Source: Eledone cirrhosa (lineage: Eukaryota). From it: a stretch of 64,000 nucleotides of DNA. The notes under the pieces are model-generated. The model ran no database searches and was not told the origin of the DNA. It saw only the letters and a program-made list of their open reading frames with translations. The stretch spans positions 391,778,001 to 391,842,000 of the forward strand of contig OZ024741.1 of NCBI GenBank assembly GCA_964016885.1. Direction: 5' to 3'. Shown here in pieces: positions 1 to 14,014 of the stretch (its first letter is position 1; each line of letters begins with the position of its first letter). Both the position numbers and the translations under genes were made by a program.

Positions 1-2
1 TG

Positions 3-923
3 AGAAAGGAGAAAACCCCCCTCCTTCCGAATCTGGCTCCACGGCTACCAGCAACAGGACAAGCGGCAACCAGGAACGATAGGTCCGTGGCACCCATACC
101 CACTCCACGGAAATCAAAAACAGCAGCAGCAGTGGAAATATTAACAACAACAACAGCAATACCAAATGCAGCTGCAACAGAGACTCCAGTGCAAACATCA
201 CCAACAACAAGTGAAAGAGTGGAGCTGGTACCCCTCCCCGACCTCACAGAATCAGACATGGAGTGTGAGGTGGGAGAGGGATGGCAAAAGGTCGTAAGAA
301 GGCACAAACGCAGAAGCAGCGCATCGTCGCCTTTGAAAAGGGAGGAAAGAAATGAGAAAAGGGTAAAGTCTACTGCAAAGAGACCCACAGCAGCAACACC
401 ACCAACACCATCACCACCCACACTAGCACCACCATCACCACCGGCGACAACCCCACCGCCAACAACACCTTCAACACCACCACCACAAGCACCAACATCG
501 CAAACACAACAACAAAACACACACACCCAGCAACAACGACAAGAAAATAGCAGAACCACACCCCACCCCCAGAAAAACAAATGCACGGCAATAAATACAC
601 ACAACAAGAAACTAATGACTTACATAATTGAACACACAGACATTTCACAACAGGACTACATAATACCAGCACCAATCAAAACGCCAACTAACATAAGACT
701 GCTAAAAATAGCACAGAAACAATACACAAACATTAAAACGAAATTCCCCAACGCAGTTGGTGATTTCAGGGACCTAGGAGGAACCATCAATCGAAGAGTA
801 TATTCAGACATTCTCTTAGAAGAGCCGACGACCAGCCGAAGGGACGATTCAACGGTCCCTTCACCAGACGATCAAGTGAAAAGGGATGTAAAAACCATCC
901 CTCCTCTACCAAAGGTACGGTAA
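3..923 (+). CDS. C-terminal part of Tx1-like ORF1 (Pro/Thr/Gln-rich, basic patch WQKVVRRHKRR)
   Basis: The frame is open from the window start to the stop at 923, 35 bp before the ORF2 ATG. Low-complexity tail typical of L1/Tx1 ORF1. Confidence 0.7.
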   Translation, partial: RKEKTPLLPNLAPRLPATGQAATRNDRSVAPIPTPRKSKTAAAVEILTTTTAIPNAAATETPVQTSPTTSERVELVPLPDLTESDMECEVGEGWQKVVRRHKRRSSASSPLKREERNEKRVKSTAKRPTAATPPTPSPPTLAPPSPPATTPPPTTPSTPPPQAPTSQTQQQNTHTQQQRQENSRTTPHPQKNKCTAINTHNKKLMTYIIEHTDISQQDYIIPAPIKTPTNIRLLKIAQKQYTNIKTKFPNAVGDFRDLGGTINRRVYSDILLEEPTTSRRDDSTVPSPDDQVKRDVKTIPPLPKVR

Positions 924-958
924 GTGGTCTTTCCCATCTTTTCCACTCTATTTTAAAC

Positions 959-3900
959 ATGACCTCACTCAGAATAGGCAGCATAAATGCGCGTGGCTTG
1001 GGGTCGTCATGGGAGCAGGGTCACCTGCTCAACGACCTCAGGTCACTAAACATAGATGTAGTGGCCATCAGCGAGACCAGAATCTCCGAAGCACGGGCCT
1101 TCGCACCGATCTTCGGCGGCTACGATGTGTACGCATCTCCCAGCCGTCCGGGATCGGGTGGAGGAGTTGCTGTGCTTTTTCGGAGAGGTTTGGATCTCGC
1201 CATACGGGCCATCTTCCTGGACCCAGAGGGTAAGCTGGTGGTGCTGGACGTGACCAGCGGAGACGGGCAAGCTTTCAGGCTAGTGGCCGTCTATGCCCCG
1301 ACAGGAGCAGGGCGGCCTGATTTCTTCCGGCGTCTGGAGACCTTTCTTGGAACGTCCCGCTCTTTAGTGTTAGTGGGCGACTGGAACGGGATCTTAGATG
1401 CACGCTGGGACTGTGTGGGATTAGCGGATAGGGGTGGAGGGTGCAAGAGCCTCACCAACCTGCTCAGGCGTTTTGAACTGTCTGACAGGTACCGATTGGA
1501 TTTCCCGAATGTGCCAATGTGGACTTGGACAAACCGCATAGGGTCATCCAGATCATATCTAGATAGAGTATTTTGTAGGGAAATAGATAGGTCTAGCATA
1601 GGCTGTCCACAATTCAAGATAGTCAGCTACACGGACCACAAATTCGTGATCTGTGTGCTTGACTTAGATAGGCTTCATAGACGAGGACCCGGCTACTGGA
1701 AGCTAAACGCGTCCTTACCAGCGCGCAAGGCCTACAGAGACCGGATTAGCGAACTAGTTAAGCGGGCGTTGACGGGTGCCATCGTCAACAACAAGTGGTG
1801 GTTTGCTCTGAAAAGAGCGATTAGAATAGAATCGATTAGGTTTAGTAAGGCTTTAGCAATAGAGAGAAATAGAGTAGAGGGAGAACTAGTTAGAAAATTA
1901 GACGAGGCGCTTATCAAAGGCATTGCGACCGACGTGCTTGCGGCGAAATTGGCCCTTGACCAATTCTTCAATGCAAAGCACGAAGGCTGCGTTGTCAGAG
2001 CAAGGGTGCGTGCTCTCAGACACGAGGGGACGAAAGCCGTTCAATGGGCCCGAGTGGCGGAGGCGCGTCGAGGCAACAAAGCCACGATCCGGTCTTTGGT
2101 GGACCACGACGGGCGCATGCTACTCGATCCCGGGCAAATGTGTGAAGCTTTTCAGCGACACTTCGCTCAGCTGTTCGGGGGCAGCGGTGGGCCGGGTCGA
2201 GGGATGGACTTTAGTGTCTACCTCGACGGACTGCCGCGGCTCTCGGCCACTGAGGCGAAGTGTTTCGAAAAGCTGATAACAGCCGCTGAAGTAAGGGAGG
2301 CAATGACTGGCTGCACAAGGGGTAAATCGCCTGGTTTGGATGGTCTGCCCTATGAACTTTACGTACAGATGCCAGACTTGTTCGGAGGCCTCTTGGCGGA
2401 CGTCTACTGCAACTGGCAACAGAACGGAAGAATTCCCAGTTCTGTGAGCCGAGGAGCGGTGGCACTGCTGAGAAAGGATCCGAACAAGGGGGATAACATA
2501 GATAATTTCCGGCCCATAACTCTGCTAAACGCAGAGTTCAAGATTTTGGCCAAGGTGCTAGCAAAGAGGTTGGCGCTTGTCGTTGGTGGTCTGGTGGGAG
2601 AGGCGCAGACATGCGCCATTCCCGACAGATCCAGCCACGACAACCTCCACCTCATGCGATACATCGTAGAGAGGGTAGCTAGGGAACCTGGCACGGGTGG
2701 GTCCTTGATCAATTTAGATCAGTCGAAAGCTTTCGATAGGGTCGACCGTCGTTACCTAGCGGCTGTCCTGAGGGCGGCTGAATTTAGGCCCGTCTTCAGA
2801 GGCTGGATCGCTGCCATGCACAGCGACATCTGCTCTGTGGTGAGAGTGAACGGTCACCTGTCGGAACCGTTCAACATCATGCGCTCGGTCCGCCAAGGAT
2901 GTCCCCTCTCGTCCCTCTTGTACGTATTGACTCTCGAGCCATTACTGCACAAACTGGAGACGTTGAGGGGGGTCCGCGCGAACTAGAATGCGGAAGATCC
3001 GTGTCAGCATATGCGGACGATGTCACCGTAGTGGTGTCGAACGCCAAACACATCGAGGCGATCGGCACTACACTAAGAGAATACGAAGCGGTGACAGGAG
3101 CAATGATCAACCAGGAAAAGTCAGTGGGCCTGCAGCTCGGCACCTGGAGAGGCAGGTCCATGCCGTCCAACAGCGTCGTTGGACGCTGGACGGACGGACC
3201 GGTTAAATTGCTAGGGGTCTGGTTCGGTCCGGACCTCCAGACGGACAAAAACTGGGACGAGGTGACGAGCAGGGTGGCTTCTCTCACCCAGAAATGGGCG
3301 GAGAGGAAGCTATCCCTGAAAGGTCGAGCGGAGGTGGCTAACGCGTACATCGCGTCTAATATCTGCTACCGCCTGACCATCTTACCTTGTCCTAAGCCTC
3401 GCCTGACTGCTCTTTCGCTTTTTGTGGAAGGGACGCGCTCCGATGGTCAGGCGGTCCATCTGTTGTCAACACCCGCTACGTGGAGGGCTGGGCATGCCGT
3501 GGCTGATGATGCGCAGGCACGCGCTCAGGCTACGACATCTCCACCTCTTCCTCAACGGTGATCAGGTGTGGTCGCCGTTTGCTAGACACGTATTTCCCCA
3601 GCTCGTTTCCTTGACGGAGCTGCAGTCCTGGGTCAAGCGAAGACCGAGAGGGAGCGCCTGGAGACTGGAATGTCTTCAGGCGCTCACAGCCCTCGACCAA
3701 TCGGGCAATGTGATCGGTGGAAACTCCACCTCGGCGTTCTATAGAGGATTAGTGGAGGGGAAGAGCGACGACGTACTTGGGGAAACTCTAGGCGTCGACG
3801 AAAATCAACTAGCCAATCTCTTCGGAAGAACTTTCGGGCCAGGGCCTATGGACAACTTCCAGAAATCTCTGGCCTGGCAGTGCTACCGAGGAGCCTTGCC

Positions 3901-4363
3901 AGTTCGGGATAAACTCTACAGGCATGGAGGTGCCGTCAGCCGGGCATGTCCGAGATGCGCGCAGGGCGACGAAACCGTCCTGCACGCACTCGTCCAGTGT
4001 CCGAAAATTGCTGTCTTGTGGGTTTATGTCGAACACCTGCTGTCGCGTTTAGGACGGATCCGGCTATCATCTGAGTCCATCGTGAGGATTGCCCCGCCCT
4101 CCTCCTTTAGCCGGGAAGGGCAAGCAGCTTTTATCTGCCTGGTGGCCATGGTGAAAGAGATAGTATGGTGGACACGTTTGAAAGGGCTGAAGACGAGCAC
4201 TTACCTCTTCGGTGATGCTCTGATTGACTTTTTCAAATTTCATTTGAAAAGGAAAATCAGAGTAGAGAGGGAAGTGCTCTCTTCCCAGCATTTTGTTGAA
4301 AGATGGGTGAGAGAAGCAAGAATGGCCCGAGTGAATGGGCCTACTCTGAGCATATATCTGTAA
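959..4363 (+). pseudogene. ORF2 (APE endonuclease, reverse transcriptase, CCHC), frameshifted near 2980 and 3415
   Basis: APE motifs SINARGL, AISET, VYAP, LVGDWN, YLDR, TDH. RT motifs KSPGLDG, FRPITLLN, LDQSKAFDRV, RQGCPLS, AYADD. Zinc finger CPRC...ETVLHALVQC. Split over ORFs 959-2986, 2899-3561 and 3422-4363. Confidence 0.92.
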
Positions 4364-4611
4364 ATTAAAGGTGGAAAACTGGGAGAGGGCACTTGCCTTG
4401 GTGGTCAGGGTCATTGTGGCTTTTTACTGGGCTTTCTCCACAAATGTCCCTCCGAAGTCTCCCCCCTATTGGGGAATTTTTCATTGTTATTTTTTGTTAC
4501 ATCCTCTGTTTTTGTTTTTTACACGCAGAAATGCCCATTTGTACCGTCCTGCATTGTCCTGCACTGTCCTTGATGTCTACTTTATGTAAACCCTTGTGGT
4601 TAATAAAGAAA

Positions 4612-4612
<1 letters not shown>

Positions 4613-4663
<51 letters not shown>
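4613..4663. repeat. (TTA)n microsatellite at a tail-to-tail LINE junction
   Basis: Seen directly. Confidence 0.95.
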
Positions 4664-4665
<2 letters not shown>

Positions 4666-4710
4666 GCCCACTTATTCCTGAGAAGGTCGTGGGGGAAGAG
4701 TCCTGAAACA
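4664..4710 (-). mobile_element. About 45-bp 3'-terminal stub of an RTE-type LINE with (TAA)n tail
   Basis: Reverse complement CCCACGACCTTCTCAGGAATAAGTGGGCGAA matches the 3' ends of the RTE fragments at about 17860-17892 and 19700-19720. Confidence 0.7.
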
Positions 4711-7000
4711 CTCCTCTACTATGTGAGTCAAAAAATCTGTATCATCAGCATACAGGAACTCCCTCATGAGAGTACTAAATGTTTTGGTCTTGGTGTTAAA
4801 CCGTCTTAGATTAAAGAATTTGCCAGAGGTTCTAAATCGCAAGTATACGCCGATTTCGAAATCTTGGAAGGAATATGTCAGCAGCACGGCAAAGTAAATG
4901 GAGAACAGAGTGCTTGACACCGTTTCCCGCTGAAATTGGCTCTGAATGTGTCTCATTGAAGTTCACTTTTGCTTTCATATTTTGATGGAGTTTTTTTAAA
5001 ACTCCAACAAATTCAAGAGGCCATTCAAGTCTCCCCAATATGATCCACAATGCACTACAATTAACTGTATTGAAGGCTTTAGTAGGGTCCACAAATATTT
5101 GGTATAGTAGCACTTGCTGTTCAACACATTTCTCCATAACTTGACGGGCTGAGAAAATCATATTCATAGTACCCCACCCAGCTCTGAATCCACACTGGGT
5201 CTCAGGGATGGCACCAGATCAGATCCATTTTATTAGACGATTATGCAAGACCTTGGATAAGACTTCTTACCAATTCAAACCGACTTATACCATGATAATC
5301 ACCACATTCAGACTTGGAGCCCTTGCCTTTTGGAAATCGAAAGCAAAATTGAATCTACTTAGTTTTGCTGGACAGGCTTACCATGCCATATAGATAAAAT
5401 TAGCCCATAAATGGCAATAACAACATTGTTTCCTCCAAACTGGATCAGCTCAACATGTATTCCATCCAAACCTGGAGCTTTCCTTATGTTTATCTCTTTG
5501 ATAGTAAACCTTATCTCATCAATGGTTGGATCATTCACCATCTCTGTCACAGTCTTCCTTTGTGGCAGTCCATTAATAATTTCCTCATCAACTACAGATG
5601 GGTTATCAAACAGATCTTTAAAGTGTGTGTACACCGACACATGATTCCTCTTGGATCTTTGATGGGGACATCCCCCTCTTTTGACTTCAATAGTGCCACT
5701 TTTGAGAGCTGTGGGCCAAAAACTTGCCTTATTCTGCTGTATAATGCCTTCAAGTATTTGCAGTTATAAGCTCTCTGCATCTCTACTGAAACTTCAAACC
5801 ACCAGTTATTCATCTTTCGATATTTACTTTGCAGATTTGACTTTGCTTCTTTGAAGGCCTTCTCAAAAGTGGTCCTCATTGGACCCTCTTTAACAAGACA
5901 CTTCTCATACAGCTTGTTTTTCTCTTCAATGAAACAAGTCTCGGTGTTTTCTCTTCTTAAGACCGAGTACATCAGCCCCAGCACTGTAAACACGTTTTTT
6001 AAACTGCTTCCATGTTCCATCGAAGATAACGTTGTCAAGGACATTTTGAACACATCTATACGTTTTGGCACTTATACTTCTGCTGCCCTCCCTTTTCCTC
6101 TGATCTGCACTTTCATCTTGCCATGCACAAGTTTGAGGTTTGAGCCACATTAGACACCACGCATTACTCTTACAGAGCAAAGATCCTGGAAGTCTCCCTG
6201 GTAATGATATAATCCAAGATGTGTCCATTTTTGGATCTTGGGTGTATCCGTTGCCTTGTGGATCTCCTTTTGGTGAAAAAAAATACACCCTCGTAAATCT
6301 TGGCAAAAAAAACATGGTTGGTTGCTGATTGTTATCTAGGGAAGGGGCTTACATGAAATGACAGTCATGAAACGTCCCCTTGAAAGAGGAATTCTCAGAT
6401 ATATAATTCAATCACCAATGCCTTGTGGTTGCCCCCAGCTACTTTGTGGATTCTATCCGGACAGCAACACCTACTCCTCCATTCCTTTTCTTCCCATTTC
6501 GTTTCCCTTTCCAAACGAATGTATAGCCAGCACCTCTCTCTCTCTCTCTCTCATTGATGACCTTTATCGCAAAAACTGATTTCAGAGAATTCAGCTATAT
6601 CAATATTATACCTGCTCAATTCTCTGCCAACAATAGTTGTTTTGCATTCTGGATTTGTGGATGATTCCCTGTCAAGAAGTGTTCTAATATTTAATGTAGC
6701 AGCATTCAATGAAATGTTATGCTTTTGAAAATTCACCTGAAAATTACTATTCTTCTTCATGTGTTTCCTGCAGGTGTGAACAGCCGTCAGCCGCAGGTAG
6801 CTGACCAACTTGATGGTTGAACAATGTTTTGGGTCGCCTTTTCTAATGTTCTCCCTTGAAAGGGTTGTTCAGTCACAAAAGACTCCGCCCAAATCAGTTC
6901 TTACTCCGAAAACTGGCAATGACTTTAGACAAGCCTTAAACCGCCTGCATGTAGATTAGCAACTGTATACCTCCAACTCGTTAGGTTTGTAGACGTCGCT
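4711..7000 (-). mobile_element. Decayed RTE-BovB-like LINE (endonuclease and RT up to YADD; 3' part missing here)
   Basis: ATLNIRTLLD...ELSRYNIDIA (APE N-terminus), KAPGLDGI, IFSARQVMEKC, FVDPTKAF, FLYADD in broken minus-strand ORFs. Confidence 0.85.
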
Positions 7001-7332
7001 GCTAACCCATCGCCGCAAGACTTTGAATAGATATCTTCACAAGGAGATTAAAGCAGTATGTGCTTGTGCTACACACATGCTGTTCTCTATGTATCAACAG
7101 CCCAAATTCAACGACAAGCAGATGCAAGATAATTGGTAGCTGTATCAACTGTAAGTGTTTCCAGAATGCCTGTCTCGCAGGACAAAATGAAATATTGGTA
7201 ACTGTATCAACCACAGATTTTTTTCAGATAAATAAATAAATAAGTTAAAATGAAATAAAAAAGAATTATTTAAAAGTTTAAGGGTTAATTTGTTTACTTT
7301 TATATATATAGGCGGCCTCGGAACCGGCTATA

Positions 7333-7394
<62 letters not shown>

Positions 7395-7399
7395 ATATA

Positions 7400-8425
<1,026 letters not shown>

Positions 8426-8999
8426 CGTATATAGTTAATTGACTAATTATTTATACCATTACAAATTTAGGCAGTGGGTTTTCAGAATCAATAAACCTTT
8501 CGATATTTAGTTGCACGCCTTTCACTCTTTTGGTGTTAATAAAGTAAGTAGCATTTAAATAAAGAGATTCGATCTAATTTCACTTTACCCCCACTCCCTT
8601 ATGGTGACAATGTTATAAATCAAATTTTAATCCTTCAATTGGCTAAAATATCTGTTTATTTGGGTTTGCGGGGAAGTTCATCATCACTTCGAAGCTACAC
8701 CCCACATTAGTTTTTGAATCAGTTTGTTCAGGGATTTTATTGCTTTTAGAAGGGAGTAATCCAGGTGCTATAATCTGTTGATGATAGTTCGATTTGGCCG
8801 AACTAAATCCCGCCTAGTTCATCTTTGCTCTTTCATTCTTCCGAATGACGTTATTGACAGCATTCAGAAATCGTACGTAAATTCTGTGAATGGGTGACGT
8901 GAACTGGGATTAAACCTACTTCGTAGATTCGATACGCTCGGAACTTACTAACAATTCATGGCTGACAATGGTTAGCTTTCAAGATGTGACTGACTATAG

Positions 9000-9172
9000 C
9001 AGCGGTTTCCAATCTCGAGTTCACTAAGGTAGTACTAGGGGTCCGTGAGCTAAGTTCAACATTTCAAGTATTTTGTTAAAAATATATTATAAACACATTG
9101 AGCTATCCATTCTTCTGTAAATTATTTGAATAAAAGAAGTCCTTTGGAGAGAAAAACGTTGGAATCATTAGA
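9000..9172. mobile_element. Decayed non-autonomous hAT (Charlie-like) MITE
   Basis: Ends CAGCGGTTTCCAA and AAAAACGTTGGAATCATT, with internal GGGGTCCGTGA. Confidence 0.45.
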
Positions 9173-9699
9173 CGATAGCATTAATTGCCTTTTGTCCCTA
9201 TTACTGTTAACAATGGAGAATTTTAATGATTTGGAAAATGCAGTAGGGAGAAAATATATAAAATGAACTAATAAATATTGAAATAAATGAATAAAGAAAG
9301 AAAGAAATCAAGTATAAAATAAGTGAAACCTGTTTCAATATTCCAAACAAACAAAAATATCCTACGTTTTGTGAAATTCTGAGCAGTTTTTTATTAGCAT
9401 AAAAATTATTCTCTAAGATAAAGAATTTTAACATTTAGCTTTAAGGCGTTTCCACACCTATTTCTAAAGACTGCAGATTCCAAATATTTTTCAAGAACTT
9501 CCAGCATTGCAAATGAGAAAAATGGAAGGGGACGGGCTTATTTTAGAATATTTATCTTGTTTCTTGAGTTACTTATTTCTTGATTTCAAAAAGGATTTCA
9601 ATGAGTTCCATAGTTTCATTATAAATGCTCAGCTGTTGTTTAACCGCAAAATTTTCTCAGCTACAGGTTTTTTTTTTTACTTGGTAGATATGAAAAAAG

Positions 9700-10065
9700 A
9701 GGCAGTGCCCATAGCCTTCATATGCCCTCTGAGATTGAATAGATCGAAGCCCTTGATGTTCCGTTTAAAATATTGCACGTCCACATTTTTGGAATGACAT
9801 GAGCTAGGAGTGTACTAGAGGATTGAATTTCTGGGTAGAATAGAAAAGGCAGGATGTTTAGTGCGTGGCTTGGCTGATCAAATAATAAGAGACGAGTGAG
9901 TCGAAAATTCCTGAGTGAATGTGGCATGAGACTAGCAAGCTCCGAGAAAAGACCATTGTAGTAACAGTAGAAGAGGCAGAGGAAGGAGAGAGCACGACAG
10001 AGAACCAGAGACTGGAGAGTATCAGTGACTGACATAATACCAAATAGCTGAGTGACCAATTGATC
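9700..10065 (-). mobile_element. 3' fragment of a CR1/L2/Jockey-group LINE
   Basis: LQSLVLCRALSFLCLFYCYYNGLFSELASLMP resembles the L..RR....L.LFY.YY.G..S.EL C-terminus of these LINEs. Confidence 0.6.
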
Positions 10066-10231
10066 AGGTGTTTTTATAGAATATTTAGTTACATAATATA
10101 TCTGTGGCATAAAACGTGTGCCAACAAGAAGAAAAGAGACGAGTTAACACTAGAAGTAGAGTTATGTATTAAACTTCATTGGAAGCTGTGAACCACGCAA
10201 ATCGTTACTCCTAGTTTCTCGTTTCCGATCC

Positions 10232-10570
<339 letters not shown>

Positions 10571-10628
10571 GTAATAATAAATACAAAGACCAAAATCTAA
10601 AGAGAACTCGATAAGGGTTGTATATATA

Positions 10629-10661
<33 letters not shown>

Positions 10662-11545
10662 GTAAATATGAGAATAAACGTGCTGCGGGGTTGCTAATGG
10701 GTTACATATGAATAAAGTTAGTCCTTCATCAGTGATCTTCCAACCATCATTGGTATTTCATCGCTTTAAAGACCATATACCTCCGGTTGATGCGAGCAAC
10801 GGCTAAAAAAAGTCGTTGGGGCACGTAAATAAAGGGGACACGGGTGTAAACAAACAAAAATGGTGAAGCAACGAAAAATGAGGAAGAAGGAGTCAAGTCC
10901 AAAATTTCTATGAATTTAAATTCGGTGAAATCGTGAACGAGAGAGAATAAAGACCATCAAACCTGGTTGAAATGTGAGCAAGGAAGGAATTTCGCACAGG
11001 TCTAACGGGAGGAAGAAGGGGGCTAGTCTGTGAATTCGGTAAACATAAGTTCTGTGAAATCGTAGACGAGAGAGAGAAAAAATGCCGACCGGCCTGGCCA
11101 AGCGTGCGAAAGAAAAGAATTACGCACAGGTCAAACGGGAAGAAGGAGGAGGAGGAGAGGTAGTAACAGAGAATGAGTGAGTGAAGAGTGAGGAAGAGGC
11201 TAACAGAGAGAGTGACTGCTAGAGAGGGTAAAGATACAGAGAAAGAGGAAGCAGTAAGAACAAAATAGACAGGTAACAGCAGGGAAAAAAATATGTGTAA
11301 ATATGAGAATAAACGTGCTGCGGTTTTGCTAATGGGTTACATATGAATAAAGTTAGTCCTTCATCAGTGATCTTCCAACCATCATTGGTATTTCATCGCT
11401 TTAAAGACCATATACCTCCGGTTGGTGCGAGCAACGGCTAAAAAAAGTCGTTGGGACACGTAAAAAAGGGGACACGAGTGTAAACAAACAAAAATGGTGA
11501 AGCAACGAAAAGTGAGGAAGAAGGAATCAAGTCCTAAATTTCTAA
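10662..11545 (-). mobile_element. Element with about 250-bp direct repeats (10662-10910 and 11297-11545), probably a Penelope-type pLTR remnant
   Basis: Two near-identical copies 635 bp apart. A related copy lies on + at about 26140-26428. Abuts (TA)n. Confidence 0.6.
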
Positions 11546-11920
11546 ACCCGTAGAGCAAATATTTATTATTAGTACATATTAAAAGTTTAAGCAATGAATA
11601 ACTGCTTTCACCCTAAGTAGAATCATCTGAAAATGAGAAAAATCGATCTGTTGATGCAGATATTGAAAAAGAATTATGACCAAATATTACCTTTAGAAAA
11701 TAGGAAGACATAATAGTAGTGTGTGAAGACGTTCTTTTGAGATGAATGAAATGTATGCAAGGAGAACTGCGTAATTAGGTAGAGCGAAAAGAACAAATAC
11801 TTGCTATGAAAAAAGCAGGAGACTAATATTCTTTTTAGAATTGCCAAATAATTTCCAGCTACCATATATGGAAAATGATATTAATAGTAGTAAACTGATT
11901 AAACATAAAAATACTGAAGG

Positions 11921-12255
11921 TATTAATAATTGTTTCTAATTTTGGCACAAGGCCAGCAATTACTTCAGTATATTACTGGTACTTTATTTTATCGACCCCG
12001 TAAGGATGAACGGCAAAGGTAACCTCGGTGGGATTTGAACTCAGAACGTAAAATGCTATAACTCTTTGCTGCAAAACATGGTGTCTGACGCTCTACCGAT
12101 ACTGCCCAAACCACCACCTAAGGTATTAATAATAATAATTGTTTCTACTTTTGGCACAAGGCCAGCAATTATCCCAGTGTATTACTGGTACTTTATTTTA
12201 TCGACCCTGTAAGGATGAAAGGCAAAGTTAACATCGGCGGAATTTGAACTCGGAT
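11921..12255 (-). mobile_element. Two tandem copies of a tRNA-derived SINE (octopus type)
   Basis: B-box-like GTTCTGAGTTCAAATCCC on minus. Shared body TTTGGCACAAGGCCAGCAATT...TACTGGTACTTTATTTTATCGAC with (TAA) tails. Same family recurs at about 18.1-19.0 and 24.6 kb. Confidence 0.8.
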
Positions 12256-12259
12256 CATA

Positions 12260-12650
12260 AAGGGAGGTCATTCAAGATGACAATAGGATAAAGAAGGAAA
12301 TACTTCAAGTACTCCAAACAATAGGCTATTCTCCGATGGACCAAAGAGTGAATCTCCCAAAGATAAAAATTAATAAAGTAACAACCCTTATAAGACGCTA
12401 ACCCAGACATCACAGACTTAATATATATGAATAAAACCACTAATATCACAGATTTGAACAATATGATATATGCAGCAGCCACTGTTGTTACAAAAGAAAG
12501 TGGATACCCTCCTAGAGCTATAGAAGCAAGAAAAACAAAACCCACACAAACATGGAAATAAAGGATACAAAAAAGATAGAAAATAATAGAAAAGACCTCT
12601 CAATCTTGAACGAAATAGGAAAAAAAAACTAACAGGGGAAAAAATTAAAA
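12260..12650 (+). mobile_element. Internal fragment of an R4/Dong-like LINE
   Basis: Translates TNITDLNNMIYAAATVVT...WK*RIQK / KIENNRKDLSILNEI, the conserved N-terminal region of Dong/R4 ORFs. Confidence 0.6.
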
Positions 12651-12651
12651 T

Positions 12652-13118
12652 ACTACATTAGGTGAAACTCGGCGTTTTTTCCAGCTTTTTATGGGTTTTT
12701 TTAGGCGTTACGTCAGACCGATTTCCTTGAAATTGTAACTATGTATTAGTCAGTTTCTTCTTCATACCATGAGCAAAGAAAATCCAACTTTTTTATGGCC
12801 TAGGGCCCACATTAGGTGAAAAAACTTCATTTTTTTCCAGCTTTTTAGGGCTTTTTTGAGGCGTTACGTCTAGCCGATTTTCCCGAAATTTCAAGGCATA
12901 TTATGCACATAAAAAAAAATTCATTTTCTTGATCCCCTAGGTGAAAACCTGACTTTTAGCTGCTTCATCGAGGAAAATCTTAGATTATCCAGCCATCAGA
13001 GTATTCGGTTTATTTTCTTTTCATACTGTCCAGGCATGCCGTTTTTCCACGATTAGGTCTGTTGACGGTCCGCGTTCCAAAATACCTTATCCCGTGCAAC
13101 GCCGGGTACCACTGCTAG
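12652..13118 (+). mobile_element. Non-autonomous Helitron, 3' portion
   Basis: 3' hairpin CCCGTGCAACGCCGGG, then CTAG|T at 13115-13119; internal duplication with about 155-bp spacing. Confidence 0.75.
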
Positions 13119-13156
13119 TATATATATATATATAATTATATATTCGTGTAATACTA

Positions 13157-13496
13157 TCTATATATCTAAAACAGAGAATGTCTGTCTGTCTGACTCCCTA
13201 AAACTCGAGAACCACCCAAACAATGTTTTTCAAACTGTAATACTTATGGTCGTGTGAATGTTTTGAGCAAAAAAATATTTAAAATTTTCAATGCCCTAGG
13301 GACCGCATTAGGCGATTTAGCGATCTCTCTCTCTTTTTCTTAGTCTGTCTTTTTAGATAAATACATAGCTATGACGTTGCGCCCTTATAACATCTGTCTG
13401 TATGTGTGGATGTCTGCATTACGACATTATGACACAATCTGTGTGTGCGTGTATATATATGTATATATATATATAGTGTGTGTATATATATATATA

Positions 13497-13558
<62 letters not shown>

Positions 13559-14014
13559 TGTGTGTAACGTTTTTCGAAATATTTACTTCTGCGTTCACAG
13601 ATTGATTTTTTTTAGTTTCAGAAGATCCCGTTAAGGGGGAAAGCAGCGATTCTTCGCTTAAACTTTAATCTTTAAATATAATTATATATTCGTGTACAGA
13701 TATTTTTGCATACACAATATTATATATTCGTGTACAGATATTTTTGCATACACAATAACAAAATATAAACAAACGTATTTATTTCACGAGGCTCGACAGC
13801 AGCAAAAACAACAACAAAATAGAGAGGGAACGCAATTACATGCTTTTGAAAACTCTTAATGGAAAATTATTTGCTTATTCACCCAAGGCGACTTCACTTT
13901 TTATTAGGACTTTTGCATCAATTGGTGAACATACGACGAAACTGTTTCAGAAAGGAGGGATAAACATGCCAATCTATGTTTAGAATCCCGAGCAACGCCG
14001 GGCCATTCTGCTAG
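13157..14014 (+). mobile_element. Complete non-autonomous Helitron (about 860 bp)
   Basis: A|TCTATATATCTAAAA...(GTCT)n 5' end; 3' hairpin CCCGAGCAACGCCGGG, then CTAG|T at 14011-14015. Confidence 0.8.

Larger units (their letters stand above)
1..4612 (+). mobile_element. Tx1/L1-clade non-LTR retrotransposon, 5' end outside the window, two frameshifts in ORF2
   Basis: 3' part of ORF1, then ORF2 with APE endonuclease, RT and CCHC finger. The 3' UTR has AATAAA at about 4602 and runs straight into (TTA)n. Confidence 0.92.

Noticed and set aside
370-3350. Antisense and alternate-frame ORFs over the Tx1 element
   Set aside because: Shadow ORFs of GC-rich coding sequence with no recognisable motifs.
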